57,803 bases of DNA from Candidatus Daviesbacteria bacterium. GTDB taxonomy: Bacteria; Patescibacteriota; Microgenomatia; Daviesbacterales; UBA10151. Where the stretch lies: assembly GCA_016176415.1 (NCBI GenBank), contig JACOXH010000017.1:1-57803 (forward strand), in the 5' to 3' direction. Positions 42,837-50,799 of this stretch are shown here, piece after piece (the stretch's first letter is position 1; every line of letters begins with the position of its first letter). The notes under the pieces were generated by a model that saw only the letters and a list, made by a program, of their open reading frames with translations, did not search any database and was not told the origin of the DNA. The position numbers and the translations under genes were made by a program.

Positions 42837-43787
42837 ATGAAATTTAAAAAGGTTCTTGTATATAACATTGATAGGTCAAAAAGTTTAGATCTAATATCCT
42901 GGAAGAAAATAGAAAGTCTGGGAAATAAAATAGTTTTTCTTCCGAAAGATAACCCCCGTTTTAGAAAGGAATTAGCTGATACAGATTGTCTTTTAGTGGC
43001 ATTTGCAACAAGTGTTGATAAGCAAGATTTAGACAGTGCGCCGCAATTAAAATACATCGGGGTTGCGGCAACTGCTTTTGGAAAGATTGATACAACCCAT
43101 GCAAAAAAGAAAGGAATAATTGTCTGTAATTTAAAAGGATACAGTACAGAATCTGTTGCAGAATTTATCATTGCTGTACTTTTGGAAAATATCAGGGGTT
43201 TGGAAGAAGGAAAAACTAGAGGAAGATCAGGAAGCTATTCAGAAGCGGGAATATCTGCTTTTGAAATAAAAGATAAAATCTTTGGCATTATTGGTTTAGG
43301 AGATATTGGTAGAAGAGTAGCTGAAATTGCTCAAGGGTTTGGAGCAGATGTGAGGTATTGGTCAAGAAACAGAAAAACAGATTATGAGGAAAAAGGTGTT
43401 ACATATGAAGATTTGGATAGGTTAGTTGAAGAAGCAGATTATTTATCCATAAATCTTGCGCAGACAAAAGATACTGAAAAGATTTTTAATCAGTCCAGAT
43501 TTCAAAAACTAAAAAGCGGAGCAGTAGTAATAAATACCTGCCCTATGGAGTTGATTGATATTGACGCTTTGGAGCAAAGACTAAAAAAGGAAGACATTAT
43601 TTTTATTCTTGATCATTCTGATGAAATGCGAGAGAGTGATTTAAAGAAATTATCAAAATATGAAAACTGTATTATTTATCCTCCCATGGCATATATAAGC
43701 AAAGAAGCAGGAGAGAACAGAAAGAGAATATTCATTGAAAATATAGAGGCTTTTTTAAAAGGAAAACCCCAGAATGTTGTTAATTAA
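42837..43787 (+). CDS. D-isomer-specific 2-hydroxyacid dehydrogenase family protein
   Basis: NAD-binding GIIGLGDIGRRVA plus catalytic-domain layout. ATG at 42837 preferred over the TTG at 42831. Confidence 0.8.
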   Translation: MKFKKVLVYNIDRSKSLDLISWKKIESLGNKIVFLPKDNPRFRKELADTDCLLVAFATSVDKQDLDSAPQLKYIGVAATAFGKIDTTHAKKKGIIVCNLKGYSTESVAEFIIAVLLENIRGLEEGKTRGRSGSYSEAGISAFEIKDKIFGIIGLGDIGRRVAEIAQGFGADVRYWSRNRKTDYEEKGVTYEDLDRLVEEADYLSINLAQTKDTEKIFNQSRFQKLKSGAVVINTCPMELIDIDALEQRLKKEDIIFILDHSDEMRESDLKKLSKYENCIIYPPMAYISKEAGENRKRIFIENIEAFLKGKPQNVVN

Positions 43788-43795
43788 TTATTAAA

Positions 43796-44191
43796 ATGAA
43801 TGATGATTTAAAAAAAATTATTGAAAGTAGTACTTCTGAAGTAATACCCGGAAGGTTTATCTATGCCAAAGTATCAGAGGCTCCACAAATTAACAATCAC
43901 TTCTTGGTAAGCAAAGACAAAGATGAGATTACAGTTGTTACAGAAGAAAAAAACTTGGAAGGTCTTAAATTAATTGAGAAGAATAAAGACTACTGGGCTT
44001 TAATTGCTCTTAATGTTTCTGCCCCTTTTTATTCCGTAGGTTTTTTAGCAGCTGTAAGTTCTGCTATTGCAAAAGAAATTAAGGATGTTTTAATTGTTTC
44101 AACTTATTCAAAGGATTACATTCTAGTTCAGTATGATTTTTTAGAAGGAGTTAAAAAAGTTTTATTATCTTTAGGATTTAAGGAAAAATGA
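43796..44191 (+). CDS. small ACT-like (ACT_7/DUF2241-like) ligand-binding domain protein
   Basis: 131 aa; the pattern ...GRFIYAKV...WALIALNV...VSTYSKDYILV... resembles ACT-fold proteins. Weak call. Confidence 0.45.
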   Translation: MNDDLKKIIESSTSEVIPGRFIYAKVSEAPQINNHFLVSKDKDEITVVTEEKNLEGLKLIEKNKDYWALIALNVSAPFYSVGFLAAVSSAIAKEIKDVLIVSTYSKDYILVQYDFLEGVKKVLLSLGFKEK

Positions 44192-45054
44192 AATTTAAAG
44201 TAGTGCTTCTTCAAATTAATACTGGAACCGATCAAAATCAAAACCTAGAAAAAGGGTTGGAATATTGTAAAAAAGCGAAGGGGCTGGGAGCTGATTTAGT
44301 TTTATTTCCTGAGATGTGGAGTATTGGGTATGAGGCCTGTCCTTTTGATGAGGAAGGCAAAAAGATATGGGAAGAAAAAGCAATTGATCAGCAAAGTGAT
44401 TTTTTCTTCTCTTTTGTAAATCTAGCCAAAGATTTAGAAATAAATATTGCCCTAACATATCTGGAAAAATATGCTCCAAAACCCCGTAACAGTGTTTCAG
44501 TAATAGATAAAACAGGGAAGATAGTTTTGAACTATTCCAAAGTTTTTATTTGTAATTTTGGATTAGAGCAGTTGTCAGAAGAAAATCCTGATTATGAACA
44601 AGTTGGTGTTGATCGCAATTTAATAGCAGGTACAACTTTCGATGTTTGCACATTAACCGGAAAAGAAGGAGAGGTTAAATTGGGAGCTATGATTTGTGCT
44701 GACAGAGAATTTCCGGAATCTGCAACAGAACTCATGTTAAAAGGGGCAGAAATAATTGTAGTGCCAAACGCCTGTACCATGGATGATATAAGAATTTGTC
44801 AGCTTAAAACCCGTGCTTTTGATAATTTAGCTGGTATTGCTTTAACTAACTATCCAAAACCAAAAGAAAATGGGCATTCAATTGCTTTTCATCCTGCTGC
44901 TTGGGATAGTAAAGGGAATCCTCAGGATACATTAATTGTAGAAGCTGGTGAGGAAGAAGGAATATTTTTGGCTGAATTTGATTTAGATCAAATTAGGGAT
45001 TTTAGAAAAATGGAGCAATGGAGATTGAAGTATAGAGAAGAATATCATAAATGA
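44188..45054 (+). CDS. carbon-nitrogen hydrolase (nitrilase/omega-amidase superfamily)
   Basis: E-K-C triad context: LVLFPEMW..., ...YSKVF..., ...GAMICADREFPE. Start overlaps the upstream stop (ATGA). Confidence 0.8.
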   Translation: MKFKVVLLQINTGTDQNQNLEKGLEYCKKAKGLGADLVLFPEMWSIGYEACPFDEEGKKIWEEKAIDQQSDFFFSFVNLAKDLEINIALTYLEKYAPKPRNSVSVIDKTGKIVLNYSKVFICNFGLEQLSEENPDYEQVGVDRNLIAGTTFDVCTLTGKEGEVKLGAMICADREFPESATELMLKGAEIIVVPNACTMDDIRICQLKTRAFDNLAGIALTNYPKPKENGHSIAFHPAAWDSKGNPQDTLIVEAGEEEGIFLAEFDLDQIRDFRKMEQWRLKYREEYHK

Positions 45055-45911
45055 GTTTTGTTGATACTTTTGTAAAAAATCATCCCATTCAAAAGTTAGA
45101 AGTAGATAAAACAATTGGAGAATATATTGTTGGAGGTAAAGGGAAAATTGGGTTTTTAATTTTTCCGGGAGGTGGGCAAGATGCACTTTCCTGTTTTGAT
45201 CTGATAGATACTTTTGAGAAAAATTACAAAGTTGTCGCTGTGAACTTTGCAGGGTTTTCTAACCTTTCAACTTTTTTTAATTTTATAAATCAGATTTTGA
45301 AAAAAGAGAGAATTGAAAAAGTAATTGTTTACGGATTATCAGTTGGCGGATTTTTAGCACAACATTATGCAATAAATAATTCTGATAAAGTATTGAAAAT
45401 AATTATTTCTCATGCCGGTTCAACAAGATCTAAAACTATTCAAAAAAGAGTCATTCTCCCCGGAAAAGTTTTACACTTTTTTCTTCCGGTTATTCCAATT
45501 TCATTATTAAAATGGTTAGTTAAAAAATTCAGTGGTAGAGTTCAGTCAGGGCAATCAAATATTAAAAAACTTTATTTAAAATATTCAACAAAAGAAAACT
45601 TTGATAGAAGATCAGAATTTGCAAAACAGTTTGGATTAAATTTTTTAAACAGAAAATATTTAAAGTCTTTCTACAATCTGGGAATGGAGATTCAAAAAGA
45701 AGAAAAAGGGTGGGATAATAAAAAATTAAATGAATTAAGCAAAAAGATGTTGATTATAAAAACTGATAATGACCCATTGGCTCAAGATGATGGAATTTTT
45801 TCCGAATATTATCTCCATGCCAGAATTCATGTATTCACAGATACAGGTCATCTAACACCATTCATCCAATTTGAAAATATGGTAGAGATTATTAAAGAGT
45901 TTTTAAAATAA
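45051..45911 (+). CDS. alpha/beta-fold hydrolase
   Basis: Nucleophile elbow GLSVGG and C-terminal ...DTGHL... Start overlaps the upstream stop (ATGA). Confidence 0.7.
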   Translation: MSFVDTFVKNHPIQKLEVDKTIGEYIVGGKGKIGFLIFPGGGQDALSCFDLIDTFEKNYKVVAVNFAGFSNLSTFFNFINQILKKERIEKVIVYGLSVGGFLAQHYAINNSDKVLKIIISHAGSTRSKTIQKRVILPGKVLHFFLPVIPISLLKWLVKKFSGRVQSGQSNIKKLYLKYSTKENFDRRSEFAKQFGLNFLNRKYLKSFYNLGMEIQKEEKGWDNKKLNELSKKMLIIKTDNDPLAQDDGIFSEYYLHARIHVFTDTGHLTPFIQFENMVEIIKEFLK

Positions 45912-45921
45912 GCAGAAAGAA

Positions 45922-46686
45922 TTAGGGATTTTGTTGAGCAGAATTAGAAGCAGGAGGATTATATACAGGAGCAGGGGGGTTTTCAGGAAGAGTAATATTT
46001 AAAGGATAAACTTCAGCATTTTCTATAACATAAGGAGTCCAGGTTAGATTGCCTTTGACTACTGCTTCATTGATCTTTTTTAAATTAATTAAAGAAGCTG
46101 AGGGTTTAAAGTATAGAGTATAGACAGAATTATCAGGTAAAAGCAGCTGATATTGTCCGCTGCCGGTAGTTTGTAAAATTCCCTGATGGGCTGTTTGTCT
46201 GTGCAGGATTGGTGAAGAGTATGGGAAGAAATATTCTATCCCGTTTTGTATGGGGCCGTTGGTGGTAATAAGATAAATGGCAGAAACAAGAGTCAGGAAT
46301 CTTTTGATAGTCATTTTCTTAAAATAATTAATAATATAACCTAAGATTTTTCTCCAAAATGAAGGTGCAGAAACAGTTTGAGGAGCCGGATCCTGAGGAA
46401 TATGGTCAGTAGCAAATCTCCCATGAGAATCTCTTAATTTATGTTGAGCTACTTCTGAATATGTAGCGTGATGGGGATCTTCAGGGAGGTTAGGGGTGTT
46501 CGGGGGATTTGGGGTGGGAGGAGTTGGAGGTTGAGGAATTGGTTGTTGAGGTTGTGGCGGTGAAGCATATGGATTGTTTGGGTCAGGAGGGTTTGTGTGA
46601 GGACTGAAAGTAGAACCAAAAAGTGGAGGTGGATTATTGTTGTTTCCGTTGTTTGGATTTGATGGATCATTGGGCAGATTATCCAT
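45922..46686 (-). CDS. hypothetical protein: proline-rich N-terminus, one TM helix, C-terminal globular domain
   Basis: ~100 aa of P/N/Q low complexity (PPTPPTPNPPNTPNLP), then FLTLVSAIYLITT. Confidence 0.5.
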   Translation of the reverse strand: MDNLPNDPSNPNNGNNNNPPPLFGSTFSPHTNPPDPNNPYASPPQPQQPIPQPPTPPTPNPPNTPNLPEDPHHATYSEVAQHKLRDSHGRFATDHIPQDPAPQTVSAPSFWRKILGYIINYFKKMTIKRFLTLVSAIYLITTNGPIQNGIEYFFPYSSPILHRQTAHQGILQTTGSGQYQLLLPDNSVYTLYFKPSASLINLKKINEAVVKGNLTWTPYVIENAEVYPLNITLPENPPAPVYNPPASNSAQQNP

Positions 46687-46805
46687 GTCTTCAGTATACT
46701 CTCAAGATAATTTAAGGTGCAACTCTGTATCCAGGTCAACTCTAGCTTCTAACCCATAGTTATTGACTTCCTTGAGCTAAAGGAGTATAATTCTACCTAT
46801 TAAAT

Positions 46806-48299
46806 ATGAGTAGAGAACAAGATCAAGTCTCCCCTTTACCGATGGGTGATGGGCTAACGAAATCTGCTTTATCCGCCAAGGAAGTCAACTCTAAATACCA
46901 TCTTCAACATTTGGGTGTTGGATTAGATACAATCGTTGCAAAAATAAATGATTCTATCACTGCAGAGATTGTAAGCACATCTCCCCCTATTGTTTCGGAA
47001 ACTTACATGCTTAATGATCCAACGACTTTTGATGCCGTAGACAGTGAAATTAGGGATTTTGTGAGAAGGGACAATGAGCGTTCATCCTTAACAACGAAAA
47101 AGGCAATTGCAAGGGCACATCTAATAACCAAGCAATTCCGCCAAGTTGTTAGTCAATTCTATGAACAATACGCCCTAGCACAAGAAGGCCGAGCTGCAAA
47201 TGAGGCAGTAAATCATTTTCTTGGAGAAGGAGCAGTAGTTCTTCATATGGTTTTTGATACATCAATTCGATTAGGAGGCTTTTTCGAATGGAACTATTAT
47301 ATTGAAACTATTCGAAGGGCTCGGAAAAGAGATCCGGAGGAATATCCAGTTGATATAGACCCGGAAATTGCTGAAAAGAAATTAGACGGTTTAAGAGAAA
47401 AGCTTGGTGAAGCAGAAAAACAATTTCCTCAAAAAATTGCAGATGGATTGAAACAAAATAGCTACCAAGGAGTTGTGCAACTAGACTTTACAAAAGAAGG
47501 GAAAGCTTCAGAGGTCTTTCCAGTTGCTCCAGAAGTCAAGAAAAAAGTAGATGCTGAGTTTCAGGAAAGCATTTTACGCTTTGAAAAGCACACCCCAAGT
47601 GATTTCTATTTAATGGCTTCAGATTACTTCAGTAGTTTTTCCAGAAAACTTGTCGTTATAGTTGATGGATATGGCAGAAATGCAAGAGAAAATGGATTTT
47701 TGGTGGCCCAATATTTCCCTCATGCAGGATACAGAGGATTAGGACTAGTTGTAATGAGAGCCTCAAATCAAGAGTGGAATGCTGATAGTGGTTATGGTTC
47801 CATCTGGGCACCATGCCATCCTCAAAAACCAGGTAAGCTGAATCTAAATCCTAAATGGAAAGATTTTAGATTTGAAAGTGTCAGGTCTGAAACTTTTCTG
47901 AAAGCATTGGATTCTGCAATTCAAAGAGGAAAAACAGGAGAAAGAGTTTGTATTAGGGCACCGTTTGGATATGGTAAAACAACGGCTCTTATGGCGCTTA
48001 ATGATTCTTTAATTGATTCCGGGAGAGAAGATACTAAAATTGCAACGGTTGAGGAAAACGGAGCCATAAGTAACTTAACAACTAAATTTATTGCGAGAGG
48101 GAAAATAAATCGAGAAAACTTAGAGACTAGTCTTGGAAATGCAAAAACCTTAATTTTGGACGAAGCCGGTAGATTGGAGGCACAACCGGAAACAAAAGCT
48201 TTTATTACGGATTTAGAAAACTCCGGAGTTCAAGTTCTTAGGATTTATCCTGGTGACATAGAACCACCTAAAGATTTGTTGGTAATGCAGCTTCAATAG
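46806..48299 (+). CDS. hypothetical protein with a C-terminal minimal P-loop NTPase module
   Basis: Walker A FGYGKTT and Walker B LILDEAG in the last ~130 aa. The N-terminal ~360 aa is unrecognised. Confidence 0.55.
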   Translation: MSREQDQVSPLPMGDGLTKSALSAKEVNSKYHLQHLGVGLDTIVAKINDSITAEIVSTSPPIVSETYMLNDPTTFDAVDSEIRDFVRRDNERSSLTTKKAIARAHLITKQFRQVVSQFYEQYALAQEGRAANEAVNHFLGEGAVVLHMVFDTSIRLGGFFEWNYYIETIRRARKRDPEEYPVDIDPEIAEKKLDGLREKLGEAEKQFPQKIADGLKQNSYQGVVQLDFTKEGKASEVFPVAPEVKKKVDAEFQESILRFEKHTPSDFYLMASDYFSSFSRKLVVIVDGYGRNARENGFLVAQYFPHAGYRGLGLVVMRASNQEWNADSGYGSIWAPCHPQKPGKLNLNPKWKDFRFESVRSETFLKALDSAIQRGKTGERVCIRAPFGYGKTTALMALNDSLIDSGREDTKIATVEENGAISNLTTKFIARGKINRENLETSLGNAKTLILDEAGRLEAQPETKAFITDLENSGVQVLRIYPGDIEPPKDLLVMQLQ

Positions 48300-48336
48300 A
48301 GATTATTTTTCTGGCAGCTTTCGCTGAAATCCTAAT

Positions 48337-48945
48337 TTAAGATTGCAAGACTTTGTTTACATCATTTAATAACTGATCAAATTTTGTAAATCCGCTTTTT
48401 GTATTAAAATGTCCGGCATTTAGTACAAAATTTAATTCTATTCCCAGATTTTTTGCAAGCTTCTTGCCGTTTCCAAGGGAAACATAATTGTCATTGTCTG
48501 AATGAAAGACTGAAAAATATTGAGCATTCTTTTTTATAGATTCCCAGTCAAAGGCAAAACCACTGAATGCTTCATCCCGATCATAGTTTAAAATAGGTTT
48601 AACTCCGACAGGTGTTCCTACGAAAAAAGCAGCTTTAACAGGATGCTTTAATTGTTCCAGTACCCGCAGAGTAAAAATACCGCCTAAGCTATGTCCAATA
48701 AGAATAGTATCCTCGTTGATATACTTCTTGTAATCCTTTAAAACATCAAACCATTCGTCTATTTTTGCCGGTATCACCGGCGGTGAGGGGAATTGCGGAA
48801 CAAAGACTTTGCAGCCTTTTTCTTCCAGTTTCTGTTTTAACCACGGAAACCAGTTTTCTTCAGGATATCCTTCTGTTCCATGAAAGATAAACAAGTTTGT
48901 TGCTGGTGCAATGAAAACATTTGTTCCCGCCGGATTTTCTGTCAT
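48337..48945 (-). CDS. alpha/beta serine hydrolase (YdeN-like family)
   Basis: FIFHGTEG...GHSLGG...HSDNDNYV...AGHF pattern. Confidence 0.7.
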   Translation of the reverse strand: MTENPAGTNVFIAPATNLFIFHGTEGYPEENWFPWLKQKLEEKGCKVFVPQFPSPPVIPAKIDEWFDVLKDYKKYINEDTILIGHSLGGIFTLRVLEQLKHPVKAAFFVGTPVGVKPILNYDRDEAFSGFAFDWESIKKNAQYFSVFHSDNDNYVSLGNGKKLAKNLGIELNFVLNAGHFNTKSGFTKFDQLLNDVNKVLQS

Positions 48946-48974
48946 GCCAAAATTATAACAAAAGTAATGGACTT

Positions 48975-49440
48975 TGTTTTCCTGGCGGCTTCCGCCGCCC
49001 CCGCAAAGTCAAAGTATAAAGACCCGTCACTGAGGGCAGCACCATTAGAAGGAGTGTTTCTTTAGGAATTCAGAAAAACTAAATTGGGTGCTGCCCGAAT
49101 ATTCGCGAACCCGCCAAACGTTACTTCGGAATTTAAAAAGGGCGGGTGAGCCATCGGAAGGTGATAGCGGCATGGACACAGAACAGGGTAAAAATTGCGG
49201 CGGGGGCGAAAGCGGAATACCCCCGCAACGGCAGGCGGTTCATATACAGATTAAAAGGGAGCGAGGGTGTATGTCTTCATTATAAACAGCAGAACTATAA
49301 TCCCGCAGCGAGGTAGAGACTGTACAGACTTAATCGAAGACGAAGATATCGGAAAAGCCCCCCTTAGGGGGCTCTCTCGCCGAGCGAGCAAAGCGAGCGA
49401 CAAAGCGGGGGTGCCGCCACATCTATTTTATTGGGTGGGT
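48975..49440 (+). ncRNA. candidate large structured non-coding RNA region (unclassified; strand tentative)
   Basis: GC-rich in an AT-rich genome, with no credible ORF. Many perfect helices, e.g. GGGCAGCACC(49034)/GGTGCTGCCC(49088), ACCCGCC/GGCGGGT, GCGGGGG/CCCCCGC, GCCCCC/GGGGGC, GTCTTC/GAAGAC. Confidence 0.3.
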
Positions 49441-49465
49441 GGGATGTTGAGGATTAGAACCAAAG

Positions 49466-49576
49466 CCACAATTTACCACAACTCCACAATTTGTGGACTT
49501 TTGAAGCTAGTTACCACAATTATGGTCCACAATTATTCATTGTGGTGATTAGATTGTTACAGCAAGCCAATTGTGG
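49466..49576. repeat. iteron-like cluster: 8 copies of CCACAAT/ATTGTGG
   Basis: Direct copies at 49466, 49476 (CCACAAC), 49484, 49514 and 49527. Inverted copies at 49491, 49539 and 49569. One pair forms TCCACAATTTGTGGA. An AT-rich tract follows at 49577-49620. Confidence 0.75.
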
Positions 49577-49709
49577 TATTAAATAAATATTGTAAATATT
49601 AAAATATTGTTTGTAATTGCTTGTCCCGCCGCAGCGGGACTATAATAAAAAAAATCGCGCGCATTCTGTCTTTCTGTCTTTGCAAAAAATACTTGAAGCG
49701 GGACGGAAT

Positions 49710-49801
49710 AACATTTAAGGTAGAAAACAACGGGAGGTCGGGATGGCGACGAGTCAATGCGTCGATTGAAAATGCGTTCGAATTTTTTTGTAAAGCGCCA
49801 A
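49710..49801. repeat. repeat Y, copy 2 (plus orientation), at the right end of the island
   Basis: Exact inverted match to 41036-41127. Contains the hairpin CGACG..CGTCG and a T7 run just before the junction. Confidence 0.9.
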
Positions 49802-49821
49802 TGTAGATCGCAAGCTTTGCT

Positions 49822-49833
49822 TAGTCCGGCAAC
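49822..49833 (+). repeat. direct repeat of the tRNA-Gln 3' end (att-like)
   Basis: TAGTCCGGCAAC matches 39340-39351. The following TTT matches the flank of the third copy. Confidence 0.7.
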
Positions 49834-49965
49834 TTTGAATGAAAACCTTTTTTAAGGAGGTTTTCAGTTCAAAATTTCGGTAAGGGATTTGTAACTGCGT
49901 AGTCCCGAGTGAAGCGAGGGACAAGACTGTTCGTTATTCGAGCGATTAGCGAGAATACGGGATTA

Positions 49966-49980
49966 TCCTAGTCCGGCAAC
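49966..49980 (+). repeat. second direct repeat of the tRNA-Gln 3' end (att-like)
   Basis: TCCTAGTCCGGCAAC is identical to 39337-39351. A 146-bp remnant lies between the two repeats. Confidence 0.7.
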
Positions 49981-49989
49981 TTTTTAAAA

Positions 49990-50550
49990 ATGAAAGTATA
50001 CTTTACAGGATCTATTAAAGGTAAGTACAAATACATTGATAATTATCTTAAGATTATTGAGATTATAAAAGATAAAAAATTCTCAATAATCTCTGATCAC
50101 ATAATCAAAACTACTGAAGATCAAATCTCTCTTGAAACAAAAGAAGGTCGTTTGAGATTTAATAAAAAGCTGGAAAGTTGGATCAGCTCTTGTGATTTTA
50201 TGATTGCAGAAACCTCATTTCCCAGCATTAGTGTAGGTTATGAAATATCACTGGCCATAAGACTCGGAAAGCCTGTTTTAATCCTTTTTAGTGAAGGTCA
50301 TGCTCCATCCTTGTTTGCCCATTTTAAAAACGAAAAGCTCGTTTGTGAAAAATACTCTTTAGAAACTCTTAAAGATATTATTGATGATTTTATCAACTAT
50401 GTACAGGGGACTGAAGAAACAAGATTTACCTTTTTTATTACTCCTGAAATAGCCTTACATCTTGAAGAGATTTCTAAAAAAGAAAAACTGCCAAAGTCTG
50501 TGTATCTTCGTAAGCTGATTGAAAAAGACATTAAAGTCAGAAACAAATAA
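49990..50550 (+). CDS. DNPH1/Rcl-like (nucleoside 2-deoxyribosyltransferase-fold) domain fused to a C-terminal ribbon-helix-helix-like tail
   Basis: VYFTGSIKGK and DFMIAETSFPSISVGYEISLAIRLGKPVLILF parallel the DNPH1 motifs VYFCGSIRGG / VVAEVTQPSLGVGYELG..GKPILCLF. The tail RFTFFITPEIALHLEEISKKEKLPKSVYLRKLIEKD resembles CopG/RHH. Confidence 0.6.
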   Translation: MKVYFTGSIKGKYKYIDNYLKIIEIIKDKKFSIISDHIIKTTEDQISLETKEGRLRFNKKLESWISSCDFMIAETSFPSISVGYEISLAIRLGKPVLILFSEGHAPSLFAHFKNEKLVCEKYSLETLKDIIDDFINYVQGTEETRFTFFITPEIALHLEEISKKEKLPKSVYLRKLIEKDIKVRNK

Positions 50551-50643
50551 TTCCCCCCTTACTTCTTTAAAGATGCATACCCAGTATGTCTTTGGGAATC
50601 AGTCTGCATATATTAAAATTATAAGCTTGGATATTTATATTTC

Positions 50644-50757
50644 ATGCTTAAAATGATGTTTGCTTTTGCCTTAGGATTTATTGCCTTGCCTATAATCTTT
50701 ATAGGAGGGTATTTAATGTATAAATGGGTGTATAAGGATTGCCAGAAGCTAAAGTGA
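50644..50757 (+). CDS. possible 37-aa single-TM mini-protein (below the ORF-track cutoff)
   Basis: Own translation MLKMMFAFALGFIALPIIFIGGYLMYKWVYKDCQKLK. No supporting homology. Confidence 0.25.
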   Translation: MLKMMFAFALGFIALPIIFIGGYLMYKWVYKDCQKLK

Positions 50758-50799
50758 TGGGTTGACAGGGAATGGGAAATATTTTATAGTTCCCCACTC

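Larger units (their letters stand above)
39348..49833. mobile_element. ~10.5 kb integrated element at the tRNA-Gln 3' end (serine-recombinase island)
   Basis: Starts at the last bases of tRNA-Gln and encodes a large serine recombinase. The right end is marked by direct repeats of the tRNA 3' end (TAGTCCGGCAAC at 49822-49833; TCCTAGTCCGGCAAC at 49966-49980). Confidence 0.6.

Noticed and set aside
48975-49440. Identification of the structured region as RNase P RNA or tmRNA
   Set aside because: There are faint resemblances (AAAGTC...GAGGGCAGC, ACAGAAC). However, the universal GAGGAAAGUCC P4 strand, a proper P4 partner, a tRNA-like acceptor/T-arm and a tag ORF are all missing, and the spacing is far too short. 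Left unclassified.
49088-49548. ORFs 49088-49285 and 49267-49548
   Set aside because: No Shine-Dalgarno sequence and implausible composition. They lie in helix-rich non-coding DNA and the iteron array.
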